A DNA stretch of 64,000 nucleotides from Arthrobacter sp. GTDB taxonomy: Bacteria; Actinomycetota; Actinomycetes; Actinomycetales; Micrococcaceae. This document shows positions 29,033-40,719 of the stretch, piece by piece; the first letter of the stretch is position 1, and each line of letters starts with the position of its first letter. The DNA lies in NCBI GenBank assembly GCA_029257465.1, contig JARIBG010000187.1, positions 1,421-65,420 on the forward strand, written 5' to 3'. The position numbers and the translations under genes were made by a program. The notes under the pieces are model-generated. The model did no database searches. It worked only from the letters and a program-made list of their open reading frames with translations, and was not told where the DNA came from.

Positions 29033-30502
29033 ATGAGTACATCCGCCGAACGGGCGTCCGACACACCGACCGGTACCGGTGAACCCGAACTCAAACGGGT
29101 TCTCGGACCGAAACTGCTGCTGCTGTTCATCGTGGGCGACATCCTCGGAGCGGGAGTGTACGCGGTCACCGGGACGATGGCGGGGACCGTAGGAGGAATC
29201 GTCTGGCTCCCCTTCCTGCTCGCCTTCCTCGTGGCGACCATGACGGCGCTGTCCTATCTGGAACTCGTCACCCAGTACCCCCAGGCCGCCGGGGCCGCGC
29301 TCTACACCCACAAGGCGTTCGGCATCCACTTCGTCACCTTCCTGGTGGCCTTCGCCGTGGTCTGCTCGGGTATCACGAGTGCCTCCACCTCGGCGAACGT
29401 CCTGGCCCAGAACTTCTTCGGAGGGCTCGAGGTCAACGGCTGGATGGAGGCTCCCGGGCAGGGCGTGATCACCCTCGTGGCGCTGGGCTTCATGCTGCTG
29501 CTCGCCGTCATCAATCTGCGCGGCGTCGGGGAGAGCGTTAAGTTCAATGTGGTGCTGACCCTGGTCGAGATGACGGCGCTGTGCATCGTGATCGGCGTCG
29601 GGTTCTACGCGATGGCGCAGGGCAACGGCAACATCGGCGAGATCTTCGTGTTCTCGGACCAGCAGGACAAGGGCCTGTTCCTCGCTGTGACCGCTGCAAC
29701 CTCCATCGCCTTCTTCGCGATGGTCGGCTTCGAGGACTCCGTCAACATGGTCGAGGAGACCCAGAACCCCGAGCGGATCTTCCCGCGCACCATGCTGACC
29801 GGACTCGGGATCGCCGTCGTGTTCTACATGCTGGTCGCGATCTCCGTGGTCACGGTACTGAGCCCCACCGAGTTGGAGGGCATCCGCGAGGCCGAGGGAG
29901 CCGCACTGCTCGAGGTGGTCCAGAAGGGCTCCCCGGGCTTCCCGATCGAGCGGATCTTCCCGTTCCTGGCGGTCTTCGCCGTGGCCAACACGGCCCTGAT
30001 CAACATGCTCATGGCCAGCCGGCTGATCTACGGGATGGCACGGCAGGGCATCCTGCCCCGACCGCTCGGGAAGGTCCTGCCGGTGCGTCTGACACCCTGG
30101 GCCGGCATCGTCTTCTCCACGGTCCTCGCCCTCGGCCTGATCGTCTACGTCACGAGTGATCCGGACAGCAACATCGTGGCCAATCTCTCGGGCACCACGG
30201 CCTTCCTGCTGCTGTGCGTCTTCACGGTGGTGAACATCGCCTGCGTGGTGCTGCGGGGCAAGCGTGACCCGAACAGGAAGGTCTTCTTCACCTCCCCCGG
30301 GCCCATGCCGATCGTGGCTGCGCTGCTGTGTGCGTTCCTCGCCGGACCCTGGGTGGGACGCGACGTCATCCAGTACCAGATCGCCGGGGGCCTCATGCTC
30401 ATCGGCGTGGTGCTCTGGTTCATCACGTGGCTGATCAACCGGAGGACCAATACCAGGCCCGGGGACCCTACGATGGTGGAGAGCTCCGGACCGGCGGACT
30501 GA
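29033..30502 (+). CDS. APC-family amino acid permease
   Basis: GDILGAGVY, SYLEL..YP.A.G, FAMVGFE; about 12 TM. Confidence 0.92.
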   Translation: MSTSAERASDTPTGTGEPELKRVLGPKLLLLFIVGDILGAGVYAVTGTMAGTVGGIVWLPFLLAFLVATMTALSYLELVTQYPQAAGAALYTHKAFGIHFVTFLVAFAVVCSGITSASTSANVLAQNFFGGLEVNGWMEAPGQGVITLVALGFMLLLAVINLRGVGESVKFNVVLTLVEMTALCIVIGVGFYAMAQGNGNIGEIFVFSDQQDKGLFLAVTAATSIAFFAMVGFEDSVNMVEETQNPERIFPRTMLTGLGIAVVFYMLVAISVVTVLSPTELEGIREAEGAALLEVVQKGSPGFPIERIFPFLAVFAVANTALINMLMASRLIYGMARQGILPRPLGKVLPVRLTPWAGIVFSTVLALGLIVYVTSDPDSNIVANLSGTTAFLLLCVFTVVNIACVVLRGKRDPNRKVFFTSPGPMPIVAALLCAFLAGPWVGRDVIQYQIAGGLMLIGVVLWFITWLINRRTNTRPGDPTMVESSGPAD

Positions 30503-30520
30503 CGCCGGTAGCATCACCGC

Positions 30521-31390
30521 ATGGAGATCCTCCGCTACACCGCGTTCACCGACACCCCCGACGGCGGCAACCCGGCCGGGATCGTCCTCGACGCCGGGAA
30601 GCTCACGCCGGCGCAGATGCAGGCCATCGCTGCAGATCTCGGCTACGCGGAGAGTGCGTTCCTCACCCACCGGAGTCCCGGCCACGTCACGATCCGCTAC
30701 TTCGCGCCCGAGTCCGAGATCCCGTTCTGCGGGCACGCGACGATCGCGACCGGCGTCGCGCTCGCCGAGCGCGAGGGGCCCGGAGCCCTGATCCTGTCCA
30801 CACCGGTGGGAGACCTCGAGCTCACGACGGAGCGCATCGGGGACGCTCTGGTCGCCTCGCTCGTCACGGTCGAACCCTGGGTGGGCGGGATCGACGACGC
30901 CGTCCGTGCCGACCTGCTCCGGCACCTGCGGCTGGACGAAGCAGACCTGTCCGCCGATCTGCCGGTGATGCTCGCGTTCGCCGGCAATATCCATCCGATC
31001 GTGCCCGTGCAGAGCTCCGCCGTGCTCCGCGCCCTCCACTACGACTACGACGGGCTGAGAACCTTCATGGCCGAGCAGGGGTGGGGCGCCACCGTCGCGG
31101 TGGTCCACCGGCTCGCCGACGACGTCTTCGAGGCCCGCAACCCGTTCCCGCCCGGTGGTGTGCGCGAAGATCCCGCGACCGGATCGGCTGCCGCGGCGCT
31201 CGGGGCGTATCTCCGGGACCGCGGTTGGCTCACGCCACCCGCGGCGCTCACGGTGCACCAGGGGTTCGACATCGGGCGCCCGCCCGTCATCACCGTGAGC
31301 ATCCCGGCAACAGGCGGATTGACCGTCTCCGGCCGGGCCGTGCGCATCGGCGACGAATCCGGTAAGGACCGGGCGTCCGTGCTCGGGTAG
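30521..31390 (+). CDS. PhzF-family isomerase/epimerase
   Basis: AFT...GGNPAG, ESAF, EIPFCGHAT, EDPATGSA. Confidence 0.92.
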   Translation: MEILRYTAFTDTPDGGNPAGIVLDAGKLTPAQMQAIAADLGYAESAFLTHRSPGHVTIRYFAPESEIPFCGHATIATGVALAEREGPGALILSTPVGDLELTTERIGDALVASLVTVEPWVGGIDDAVRADLLRHLRLDEADLSADLPVMLAFAGNIHPIVPVQSSAVLRALHYDYDGLRTFMAEQGWGATVAVVHRLADDVFEARNPFPPGGVREDPATGSAAAALGAYLRDRGWLTPPAALTVHQGFDIGRPPVITVSIPATGGLTVSGRAVRIGDESGKDRASVLG

Positions 31391-31402
31391 TGCCGTGCAG
31401 TG

Positions 31403-31822
31403 TCAGGGTCGATAGCCGAAGGCTGCCAGGCCCAGCTCGGGGTGGGGGCTGAAGCCCAGCGACCGGTAGAACGGGTGGGACAGGGCGGCATCGGCGGTCG
31501 TGTCGGCATCGGTGCTCAGCGCGATGAACATGCAGTGGCGATAGCGCTGCTGCACGTGCAGCACCAGCGCGCGGCCCACACCGCGTCGCCTGGCGCCCGG
31601 GTGCACGAGGATGTCCTGCAGATAACAGATGGACTCGTCGTCGGAGACGGTGCGGGCCAGTCCGAGGAGGGTGCCGTCGTCGTCGCGCACCGTCAGCACG
31701 AGATGCGATCCGGTGAGGCTGCGCTCGAGGCGATCGGGATCACGTGTGTAGGCGGTCCAGCCGACGGCGTCGTAGAGCGCGAGCGATTCGGCGAGCGGGA
31801 CGGTGCCTTCGGTGAGGTTCAC
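31403..31822 (-). CDS. GNAT N-acetyltransferase
   Basis: LYDAVGW, YLQDILVHP..RRRGVG, FY.SLGF; GTG 7 nt after TAGGGT. Confidence 0.85.
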   Translation of the reverse strand: MNLTEGTVPLAESLALYDAVGWTAYTRDPDRLERSLTGSHLVLTVRDDDGTLLGLARTVSDDESICYLQDILVHPGARRRGVGRALVLHVQQRYRHCMFIALSTDADTTADAALSHPFYRSLGFSPHPELGLAAFGYRP

Positions 31823-31847
31823 GCACGTCACCCTATCGCGCGGACTG

Positions 31848-32342
31848 CTATGGACCGGCGATCGCGGCGAGCTGTGCACCAGTGACGGCGAGCAGATCCC
31901 CTGGTGCGAGTTCGATGTCCAGGCCCCGCCGGCCACCGGAGACGAGGACGGTTGCATGATCGAGGACGGATGCGTCGACGACGACGGGGGAGTGCTGCCG
32001 CTGCCCGATGGGTGAGATCCCGCCGAGCACGTAGCCCGTCCGACGCCGGGCCAGCTCGGGATCGGCCAGCGCGGCCTTCCGTCCGCCCAGAGCGGCGGCG
32101 AGGGCTTTCAGGTCGAGCGACCCGCTGACGGGTACGACGGCGCACACCAGTGTTCCGTCCACCGTGACCATCAGGGTCTTGAAGACGCGGACCGGGTTGA
32201 CGCCGAGGGCCTCGGCGGCCTCGAGTCCGTAGGACGGCGCGCCCTCCACGTGCGTATAGGGCCGGGCGACGAAGGGCAGCCCCGCCGTCGTCAGCGCCGC
32301 GAGGGCAGGAGTGCTGCGAGGTTCCGTCTGCTTTTTGCCCAT
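31848..32342 (-). CDS. ybaK: Cys-tRNA(Pro) deacylase YbaK
   Basis: FKTL, LDLK.LA, TGY..GGISP.GQ, VSGGRRG. Confidence 0.93.
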   Translation of the reverse strand: MGKKQTEPRSTPALAALTTAGLPFVARPYTHVEGAPSYGLEAAEALGVNPVRVFKTLMVTVDGTLVCAVVPVSGSLDLKALAAALGGRKAALADPELARRRTGYVLGGISPIGQRQHSPVVVDASVLDHATVLVSGGRRGLDIELAPGDLLAVTGAQLAAIAGP

Positions 32343-32389
32343 GCGTCCTCCCCGATGCGTCGTCCTGGGTCAGCGGAGGTGGCTGCGGG

Positions 32390-33100
32390 TCAGGCCGCTT
32401 CGGTCGAGGACGTCAGGGCGTGCAGGGCGCCGTCGTCGAACGCGTCCAGCAGAGCCCTGATGTCCTTGTAGACCTCGACGGCGCCGGCGTCGCGGAGTTC
32501 CGCTTCACTGGTCCCGCCGGAGGCGAGGGCGATGGTGGGGATCTCCAGCTCCGAGGCCGCAATGATGTCCCACACCGAATCCCCGACGAAGACGACGTTC
32601 GCGGCGTCCAGCCCGCCGGCGTCGAGCGCTGCCTGGAGGATGTCGGGTGCGGGCTTGCTGTTCTCGGCGTCGTCCGTGGTGGTGGCGGCGGTGATGGCCT
32701 CGTCGGCGTCGATGACGGCACGATTCACATCGACGTCGTCCTGCGATGCTGAGGAGGCGAGGACGACGACGAGGCCGTCGTCCGCGCAGCGGCGCACCAA
32801 CTCGGAGGCGCCCTCGAACGCCCGCAGGGAAGGCCAGAACGAGGAGAAGATGGCGCCGTGCGTGGAGTCGATCTCGGCGTCCTGGTCGGTATCCCGGCCC
32901 TCGTCGAGCAGGTGTGCGACGAGCTTGTCCCCGCCCATGCCGATGGCCCGGTGGATCTCGGCCATCGGGACGTCGTGGCCGAACCTGCGGAACGACTGCC
33001 ACCACGCGATCGTGTGCAGATAGTTGGAATCGACGAGTGTGCCGTCGACGTCGAAGAGGACGCCGTGCCGCACTGCCGTGTCCTTCGTGGTGTCCGCCAT
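32390..33100 (-). CDS. HAD-superfamily hydrolase
   Basis: FDVDGTLVD, KP.PD, VGDS.WD. Confidence 0.92.
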   Translation of the reverse strand: MADTTKDTAVRHGVLFDVDGTLVDSNYLHTIAWWQSFRRFGHDVPMAEIHRAIGMGGDKLVAHLLDEGRDTDQDAEIDSTHGAIFSSFWPSLRAFEGASELVRRCADDGLVVVLASSASQDDVDVNRAVIDADEAITAATTTDDAENSKPAPDILQAALDAGGLDAANVVFVGDSVWDIIAASELEIPTIALASGGTSEAELRDAGAVEVYKDIRALLDAFDDGALHALTSSTEAA

Positions 33101-33243
33101 GGACCTGCCTTCCGTTGAGCCGGGTGGGTGACCCTCCAGTCTAGGAACCTTTCCGCGCCGGCTGTACCTGCCCCGACAAGGTTGCGGGTTCCTCGGATAT
33201 GTGACCCCATTACTGGGCAGGAAGGGCTACTCGGCGGGCGCGG

Positions 33244-34458
33244 TCACTCGGCAGGAACGGGGTCGACCACGATCGCGAGCCGCTCGTCCCCCACCCGGGT
33301 CAGCACGAGTGTGGCCCTCCTTCGGCCCTTGCCCGATCCCGCCAGGAGTTTGCCCCGCACCTCCTCCGGCGTGAGCGAGATGCCGCGTTTCTTGATGTCG
33401 AGGACCCCGATCCCTTCTGCGCGGACCCACGCCTTCAGGGCCTTGAGGTTGTAGGGGCGCACCTCGAGGATTCTGTAGGCGCGGGCGAACGGGGTAGCCG
33501 TGTACGAGGGGGCGCAGACGTAGGCGATCCTCGGGTCCAGCAGGTGTCCGTCGAGCTGCGCCGCGAGATCGGCGACGAGTTCGGCGCGGATGACGGCGCC
33601 GTCGGGTTCGTAGAGATAGCCCTCCGGCGCCCCGATCGCTGCCGTTGCACCGGCTCCGAAGTCCGTGGAGGAGACCATTTCCGCTGCTCCCCGCGCATCG
33701 AGGACGAGGGCGGCCCGGCGGACACCCTCGCGGCGCAGGGCGTTGAACCACAGCGCCACCTCCGTGACGGCGCCGTCCACCGAGACCCACTGTGCCTCGC
33801 AGTTCGCGGGGATCGACGCGTGCGGCATGCCGGGGCCCATCTTCACGCCCACGGGTTTTCCCGTGGCGGCGAGGTCCTGCACGAAGGACAGAGGAGGCGA
33901 GAAGGCTTCCGGGTCGAAGAGCCGGGAGGAGCCCGACGACGTCGTCGTCCGCCGCGCCGGATCCAGCCACACGCCGTCGTACGCGGCGGTGTCCACCAGG
34001 CCGGCATCGGTATTGAGCACGCGCGCGTTGGGAAAGGGGAGCAGATTCAGGGTCGCGGCGGCGGCCGTGGTCTCGTCGAGTTCGACGGCGGTGACCTCGC
34101 GGTCGAGGGTGGCCAGGGCCATGCTGTCGGCGCCGAGGCCGCAGCCCAGATCGGCGATCCGCACGAGCCCGGCGTCGACGAAGCGACGAGCATGACGGGC
34201 GGCCACCTGGAGCCGGGTGGCCTGCTCCAGGCCCGCTTCGGTGAAGACCATCCGCTCGGCGAACGGGCCGAACTTGGCCGTCGCCTTCGCCCGGAGCCGT
34301 GACTGGGTGAGGGCTGCGGCGATGACCTCGGGTGCATGGCCGGCCTTCCGGAGCCGGTCGGTGAGTCGCAGACTGCCGGCCTCCTGGTACGGCCCGAGCG
34401 AGTTCAGCAGCTCCCAGCCCTCGGGGCTGAGGATTGCCGCGATGTTCTCCGATGACAT
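33244..34458 (-). CDS. Class I SAM-dependent methyltransferase with THUMP-like C-terminus
   Basis: LEQATR, DLGCGLGAD, DPARR; usual position upstream of groES in Actinobacteria. Confidence 0.85.
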   Translation of the reverse strand: MSSENIAAILSPEGWELLNSLGPYQEAGSLRLTDRLRKAGHAPEVIAAALTQSRLRAKATAKFGPFAERMVFTEAGLEQATRLQVAARHARRFVDAGLVRIADLGCGLGADSMALATLDREVTAVELDETTAAAATLNLLPFPNARVLNTDAGLVDTAAYDGVWLDPARRTTTSSGSSRLFDPEAFSPPLSFVQDLAATGKPVGVKMGPGMPHASIPANCEAQWVSVDGAVTEVALWFNALRREGVRRAALVLDARGAAEMVSSTDFGAGATAAIGAPEGYLYEPDGAVIRAELVADLAAQLDGHLLDPRIAYVCAPSYTATPFARAYRILEVRPYNLKALKAWVRAEGIGVLDIKKRGISLTPEEVRGKLLAGSGKGRRRATLVLTRVGDERLAIVVDPVPAE

Positions 34459-34467
34459 CGGGCAAGC

Positions 34468-35226
34468 CTAGGCGAAGTAGACACCGATCCTGTTGCCGCG
34501 GATCTGCTCCACCTGGATGTCGACGTCGTAGATGTCGTAGAGCACTTCCGGCGTCATGATCTGCTCCGGGGTGCCCTGGTGGATCAGTGCGCCCTCGCGC
34601 ATGGCCAGGATCTCGTCGGAGTAGCAGGAGGCGAAGTTCACGTCGTGGATCACGAGCACCACGGTCTTCCCGAGGTCATCAGCCAGGCGGCGCAGCAGGC
34701 GCATCATGTCCACGGAATGCCTCATGTCGAGATTGTTCAGTGGCTCGTCGAGCAGGATGTAGTCGGTGTCCTGTGCGAGGACCATGGCGATGAACGCCCG
34801 CTGCCGCTGACCGCCCGAGAGCTCGTCGACGAAGCGTTCGCCGAGGTCCGTGAGGTCCAGGTAGTCCAGCGAGCGTTCGATGTGGTCGCGGTCCTCGGGT
34901 GTGGGGCGGCCGTTGTTGTGCGGGAAGCGGCCGAACCCGACGAGATCCCGCACGGAGAGGCGGATGGTGAGCTGGTTCTCCTGCCGCAGGATCGACAGCG
35001 TCTTCGCCAGTTTCTGACCGGGTGTGGTGACGACATCGAGCCCTGCCACCTCGATGCGCCCTGCGTCCGGGAGAAGGAGTCTGCTCATCATCGACAGGAG
35101 CGTCGACTTGCCCGCGCCGTTCGGCCCGATGATCGACGTCACACCACCACCGGGCAGGCTGCAGCTGACGTCGTCCACCACCGTGGTGGCTCCGTAGCGT
35201 TTGGTGACATGGTCGATGCTGATCAC
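34468..35226 (-). CDS. Iron-siderophore ABC ATP-binding subunit (YclP-like)
   Basis: GPNGAGKS, LSGGQRQ, LDEPLNNLD. Confidence 0.92.
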   Translation of the reverse strand: MISIDHVTKRYGATTVVDDVSCSLPGGGVTSIIGPNGAGKSTLLSMMSRLLLPDAGRIEVAGLDVVTTPGQKLAKTLSILRQENQLTIRLSVRDLVGFGRFPHNNGRPTPEDRDHIERSLDYLDLTDLGERFVDELSGGQRQRAFIAMVLAQDTDYILLDEPLNNLDMRHSVDMMRLLRRLADDLGKTVVLVIHDVNFASCYSDEILAMREGALIHQGTPEQIMTPEVLYDIYDVDIQVEQIRGNRIGVYFA

Positions 35227-36236
35227 CGGACACGGCCTTTCAGGAGGAGTACGAGGAAGACGATGCCACCGATGAACTCGATGACGATGCTGAGCGCGGT
35301 GTCGAACTCGAAGATCTGCTCGAGGACGAGCTGGCCGCCGACGAGGGCGACGATGCCCAGGAGTACCGCGATGGGAAGGACGACCGCGTGGTGGAACCGG
35401 TTGCAGAGCTGGTACGCCAGAGCGGAGACCAGGAGCCCGAAGAAGGTCACGGGCCCTACCAGGGCGGTCGATACGGCCACCAGGACCGAGCAGATCACAA
35501 GGATGAGGGTGACCGTGCGCCGGTAGTCGATGCCGAGATTCACCGCGGAGTCGCGGCCCAGTGCCAGCACGTCGAGGCGGTGCCGCAGTCGCCACGCCGG
35601 TATGCACAGCCCTGCGACCACGACGGCCGAGAGGAGCAGCAGTGTCGGGTCCACGCGGTTGAAGCTCGCGAAGAACAGGCCCTGCAGGATGATGAATTCG
35701 CTCGGATCCATGAGGCGCTGCAGCAGCGTGGAGACCCCGCGGAAGAACACCCCGAAGACGATTCCCACCAACAGGAGCAGATGCAGGCTGCGACCGCTTC
35801 CCAGGAACAGCCACCGGTAGAGCAGCCAGGAGAAACCGATCATGAGGGCGACCTCGATGACGAACCGCACGGGGGATCCCAGGCTGAGCAGCGCCTGGCC
35901 CCCGAGGAGGAACACCAGGGCAGTCTGGATCAGGATGTAGAGCGCGTCGAGTCCCATGATCGAGGGCGTGAGGATCCGATTTCCCGTCACCGTCTGGAAG
36001 AGGATCGTGGAGACGGCCACCGCGATCGCGACGAGCACCATGGCGCCGACGCGATTCAGGCGCCTGGGCAGCACGTAGGCGAGACTTCCCTCGACGCCGA
36101 CGACCATGAAGGTGATGATCAGCGCGAGTGCGCCTACTCCGAGGATCACCAGCCAGGCCGCCGGCGGGACGGACCGCACGGGTTTCCTCACGGACTGCGT
36201 GAGGGCCGTGGGCAGGGTACTGGATCTAGCGCGCAC
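35223..36236 (-). CDS. Iron-siderophore ABC permease (YclO/FatC-like)
   Basis: FQT.T.NRILTPSIMG, LVGP.TFFGL. Confidence 0.9.
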   Translation of the reverse strand: MRARSSTLPTALTQSVRKPVRSVPPAAWLVILGVGALALIITFMVVGVEGSLAYVLPRRLNRVGAMVLVAIAVAVSTILFQTVTGNRILTPSIMGLDALYILIQTALVFLLGGQALLSLGSPVRFVIEVALMIGFSWLLYRWLFLGSGRSLHLLLLVGIVFGVFFRGVSTLLQRLMDPSEFIILQGLFFASFNRVDPTLLLLSAVVVAGLCIPAWRLRHRLDVLALGRDSAVNLGIDYRRTVTLILVICSVLVAVSTALVGPVTFFGLLVSALAYQLCNRFHHAVVLPIAVLLGIVALVGGQLVLEQIFEFDTALSIVIEFIGGIVFLVLLLKGRVR

Positions 36237-37239
36237 CGGCGTTCCTCCGTACGAGCAGGGTGATGAACAGCGCGCTGCCCACGACGGAGACGATCACGCC
36301 GACCGGCACCTCGAAGGGGAAACGGATGACGCGGCCGATGATGTCGCAGGCCAGGACGAAGCCGGCGCCGATGACGGCGATCCAGGGGACGGCCCGGCGG
36401 ACGTTGTCGCCGATGAGCAGCGACACCAGATTGGGGATGATCAGTCCGAGGAAGGGGATGGCGCCCACCACCACGACGACGACGGCACTGATGAGGCTCA
36501 CGAGCACCAGTCCGAGGTTCATGGTGCTCCGGTAGCTCAGACCGAGATTGGTGGTGAACTCCTCACCCATGCCTGCAACGGTGAAGCGGTCGGCGGAAAT
36601 GTAGCCGACCACGGCCAGTACTGCCACGATCCAGAGCAGCTCGTACCTGCCGCGGATCAGACCGGAGAAGTCGCCGATCATCCAGGTGTTGAGGGTCTGC
36701 AGCAGATCGAAGCGGTAGGCGAAGAACGTGGTCACCGCCGCGATGACGCCACCGAGCATGATGCCCACGAGCGGGACGAGCAGGGTGGTGCGCAGCGGAA
36801 TACGGCGCAGGACGGTCAGGAAGAGGGATGTACCGAGCATCGCGAAGACCGCGGCGATGAGCATCTTCACCACGATCGGTGAGCCCGGCAGGAGAAGCGT
36901 TGCCACGAGGATGCCCGCCGTCGCGGACTCCACTGTGCCGACGGTCGAGGGTTCGACGAACCGGTTGCGGGCCATGAGCTGCATGATGAACCCGGCGATA
37001 CTCAGGGCGACGCCGGCGAGGATGACCGCGAGCGTGCGCGGCACCCGGCTCACCAACAGGGTCATCCAGGCGTCCCGGTCGCCGGAGAGCAGATCAGCCG
37101 GAGAGACGTCGGAGACACCGATGAACAGGCTGACGACGGCGAGCAGCAGCACCGCGCCACCTGCCAGCCACAGAGTGACGGGCCGGCCGGTGCGGTGCTG
37201 CTGCAGTGAGCGCTGCGGTCGCTGGAGGAGAGCTGACAT
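36226..37239 (-). CDS. Iron-siderophore ABC permease (YclN/FatD-like)
   Basis: SRVPRT, NRFVEPST, GAIPFLGL.IPN. Confidence 0.9.
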   Translation of the reverse strand: MSALLQRPQRSLQQHRTGRPVTLWLAGGAVLLLAVVSLFIGVSDVSPADLLSGDRDAWMTLLVSRVPRTLAVILAGVALSIAGFIMQLMARNRFVEPSTVGTVESATAGILVATLLLPGSPIVVKMLIAAVFAMLGTSLFLTVLRRIPLRTTLLVPLVGIMLGGVIAAVTTFFAYRFDLLQTLNTWMIGDFSGLIRGRYELLWIVAVLAVVGYISADRFTVAGMGEEFTTNLGLSYRSTMNLGLVLVSLISAVVVVVVGAIPFLGLIIPNLVSLLIGDNVRRAVPWIAVIGAGFVLACDIIGRVIRFPFEVPVGVIVSVVGSALFITLLVRRNAGAR

Positions 37240-37272
37240 GACGATTTCCGCAGCGGTGGTCCGAGCGGCGGA

Positions 37273-38226
37273 CTACGCCGCGACGGCCTCGTCGACGGCG
37301 GAGATCATGGCGTCGAGGTTGTTGAGGCCGTAGCCGATCAGGTACCAGCTCGCTGCGTCGAGGTACGTCACGGCGTCGTTCTGTGCGGCTTCGGTACCGT
37401 TGACCAGATCGTTGTCGAGAACCGAGGAGGCGGCAGCGCCGGCGTCACCGATGGCCGCGTCACGGTCGATCACGAACAGGTGTGCCGGGTCGACGTCCGC
37501 GATGTACTCGAAGGACACGGCCTCGCCGTGAGGGCCCTCGGATGCGATGTCGGCCGCTGGGGCGACCCCGAGGACATCGTGGATCAGACCGAAGCGGGAA
37601 CCCGCTCCGTACGCGGTGACCTCACCGGCGCTCGTCAACACGATGAGACCATCCCCGGCCGAGGCGGCGTCCTCCCGGGTGGTTTCAATCCTGGATTCGA
37701 GCGCCGCGAGGCGGTCCGTCACCTCGTCCTCGACGCCGAAGATGCGACCGAGTGATTCGGTATTGTCCTCGAAGCTCTCCATCGGGGCCGCAGGGTCCAC
37801 ACTCAGATCGATCGTCGGGGCGATGTCGGAGAGCTCGTCGTAGGAATCCGCGACGCGGCCGGAGATGATGATCAGATCAGGCTCCGCTGCCGCGATGGCC
37901 TCGAAGTCGGGTTCCAGCATGGAGCCGATATTGGTGATGTCTCCACCTTCATAGGCCGAGAGCTGATCGGGAAGGGTGCCCTGAGGAACACCGGTGACCT
38001 CTACATCGAGCGCATCGAGGGTGTCGAGGGCACCGAGGTCGAAGGTGAAGACAGTTTCAGGCTCCGTCGGCACCTCCGTGGTGCCCTGGGCGTGCTCGAT
38101 ACTCACGGTCGACGTCGCGGCGGTGCCGTCAGCGTCGTCAGCGCTCTCCGCGCCGGCTCCGCAGGCGGACAGGGCGAGGGTGGCAGCGGCTGCGGTGGCA
38201 AGGACGGTAGTGCGCAGATGAGCCAT
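37273..38226 (-). CDS. Siderophore-binding lipoprotein (YclQ/CeuE-like)
   Basis: Lipobox LSAC; EPDFE, ISGR, SRFG, HGE.VSFE, DRD, WY. Confidence 0.9.
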   Translation of the reverse strand: MAHLRTTVLATAAAATLALSACGAGAESADDADGTAATSTVSIEHAQGTTEVPTEPETVFTFDLGALDTLDALDVEVTGVPQGTLPDQLSAYEGGDITNIGSMLEPDFEAIAAAEPDLIIISGRVADSYDELSDIAPTIDLSVDPAAPMESFEDNTESLGRIFGVEDEVTDRLAALESRIETTREDAASAGDGLIVLTSAGEVTAYGAGSRFGLIHDVLGVAPAADIASEGPHGEAVSFEYIADVDPAHLFVIDRDAAIGDAGAAASSVLDNDLVNGTEAAQNDAVTYLDAASWYLIGYGLNNLDAMISAVDEAVAA

Positions 38227-38266
38227 GGGGAGAACTCCAGGGAGAAGGGCCAGGGAGGCCACTGGT

Positions 38267-38290
38267 CGAGGTAAGGGGATCCTTACTTCC
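38267..38290. promoter_or_regulatory. DtxR/IdeR-like iron box upstream of the siderophore ABC operon
   Basis: CGAGGTAAGGGGATCCTTA matches about 14/19 of TWAGGTWAGSCTWACCTWA; a weaker overlapping site lies 5 bp over. Confidence 0.6.
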
Positions 38291-38380
38291 TCGAACCTAG
38301 AGGCGCACGCTGAATTACGCAAGCGAAGCATGACGTATCTTCCCCGATGGTTTCGAGCGTCGTCGTCGAGCCCGGTGCGG

Positions 38381-38407
38381 CTGGCACTCACCTTGACCGA
38401 GTGCCAG
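38381..38407 (+). promoter_or_regulatory. CIRCE (HrcA operator) 1 overlapping the groES -35
   Basis: CTGGCACTC-N9-GAGTGCCAG; TTGACC (38393-38398), 17 bp, TACAGT (38416-38421). Confidence 0.93.
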
Positions 38408-38426
38408 CCGTTGCATACAGTCGGAG

Positions 38427-38453
38427 TTGGCACTCACTCCCTGTGGGTGCCAG
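38427..38453 (+). promoter_or_regulatory. CIRCE 2
   Basis: TTGGCACTC-N9-GGGTGCCAG. Confidence 0.88.
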
Positions 38454-38548
38454 CCTGCGAGGGCGGCGTTCACCGGCACCGCGACGACGGTACACGCCCA
38501 GCCCGAAGGCCTTTACTCCATTGGAATCGAACGCAAAGGAGAGCCCGA

Positions 38549-38845
38549 GTGTCGGTCTCTATCAAGCCCCTTGAGGATCGCATTGTGGTCCGCCCCCTCG
38601 AAGCCGAGCAGACCACTGCTTCCGGCCTCGTCATCCCGGACACGGCCAAGGAGAAGCCCCAGGAGGGCGAGGTCGTAGCTGTGGGACCGGGTCGCATCGA
38701 CGACAACGGCAACCGCGTTCCCATCGACGTCTCCGAGGGCGACGTCGTCATCTACTCGAAGTACGGCGGAACCGAGGTCAAGAACGGCGGCGAGGAGTAC
38801 CTCGTGCTCTCCGCACGCGACGTTCTCGCCATCGTCGTCAAGTAG
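38549..38845 (+). CDS. groES: Co-chaperonin GroES
   Basis: [28 protein letters not shown]; AAGGAG RBS. Confidence 0.98.
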   Translation: MSVSIKPLEDRIVVRPLEAEQTTASGLVIPDTAKEKPQEGEVVAVGPGRIDDNGNRVPIDVSEGDVVIYSKYGGTEVKNGGEEYLVLSARDVLAIVVK

Positions 38846-38854
38846 TACCCATCA

Positions 38855-38887
38855 GGAAAGCCCCGGCCGCAGTGGCCGGGGTTTTTC
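38855..38887 (+). terminator. Intrinsic terminator-like hairpin between groES and groEL1
   Basis: CCCCGGCC-GCAGT-GGCCGGGG followed by TTTTT. Confidence 0.75.
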
Positions 38888-38904
38888 TCGCTGCACAAGC
38901 CTGA

Positions 38905-40530
<1,626 letters not shown>

Positions 40531-40563
40531 GACGCCCGGGTTCGTCCCGCGTAGTCAGACCCA

Positions 40564-40599
40564 GACAGCACCCCGGTTCCTCGGAGCCGGGGTGCTGTC
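40564..40599 (+). terminator. Terminator hairpin after groEL1
   Basis: GACAGCACCCCGGTTCC-TC-GGAGCCGGGGTGCTGTC. Confidence 0.8.
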
Positions 40600-40659
40600 G
40601 CGTTGGGGGTTGCTTCCTGCGGTCGATCCCGCTGTGGGTTCATGCACGTCGTCGGGTTG

Positions 40660-40706
40660 GGTGCCGGTGCCGGTGCCGGTGCCTCTGCCGGTGCCTCTGC
40701 CGGTGC
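40660..40706. repeat. Hexamer VNTR (GGTGCC)n/(TCTGCC)
   Basis: ggtgcc x4, then tctgcc ggtgcc tctgcc ggtgc. Confidence 0.8.
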
Positions 40707-40719
40707 TCGTGCCGTCGTT

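Noticed and set aside
28868-31258. 796-aa minus-strand ORF, and similar long ORFs at 38752-40527, 44491-46668 and 56513-59095
   Set aside because: Antisense shadows of well-supported genes in high-GC DNA; no recognisable motifs.
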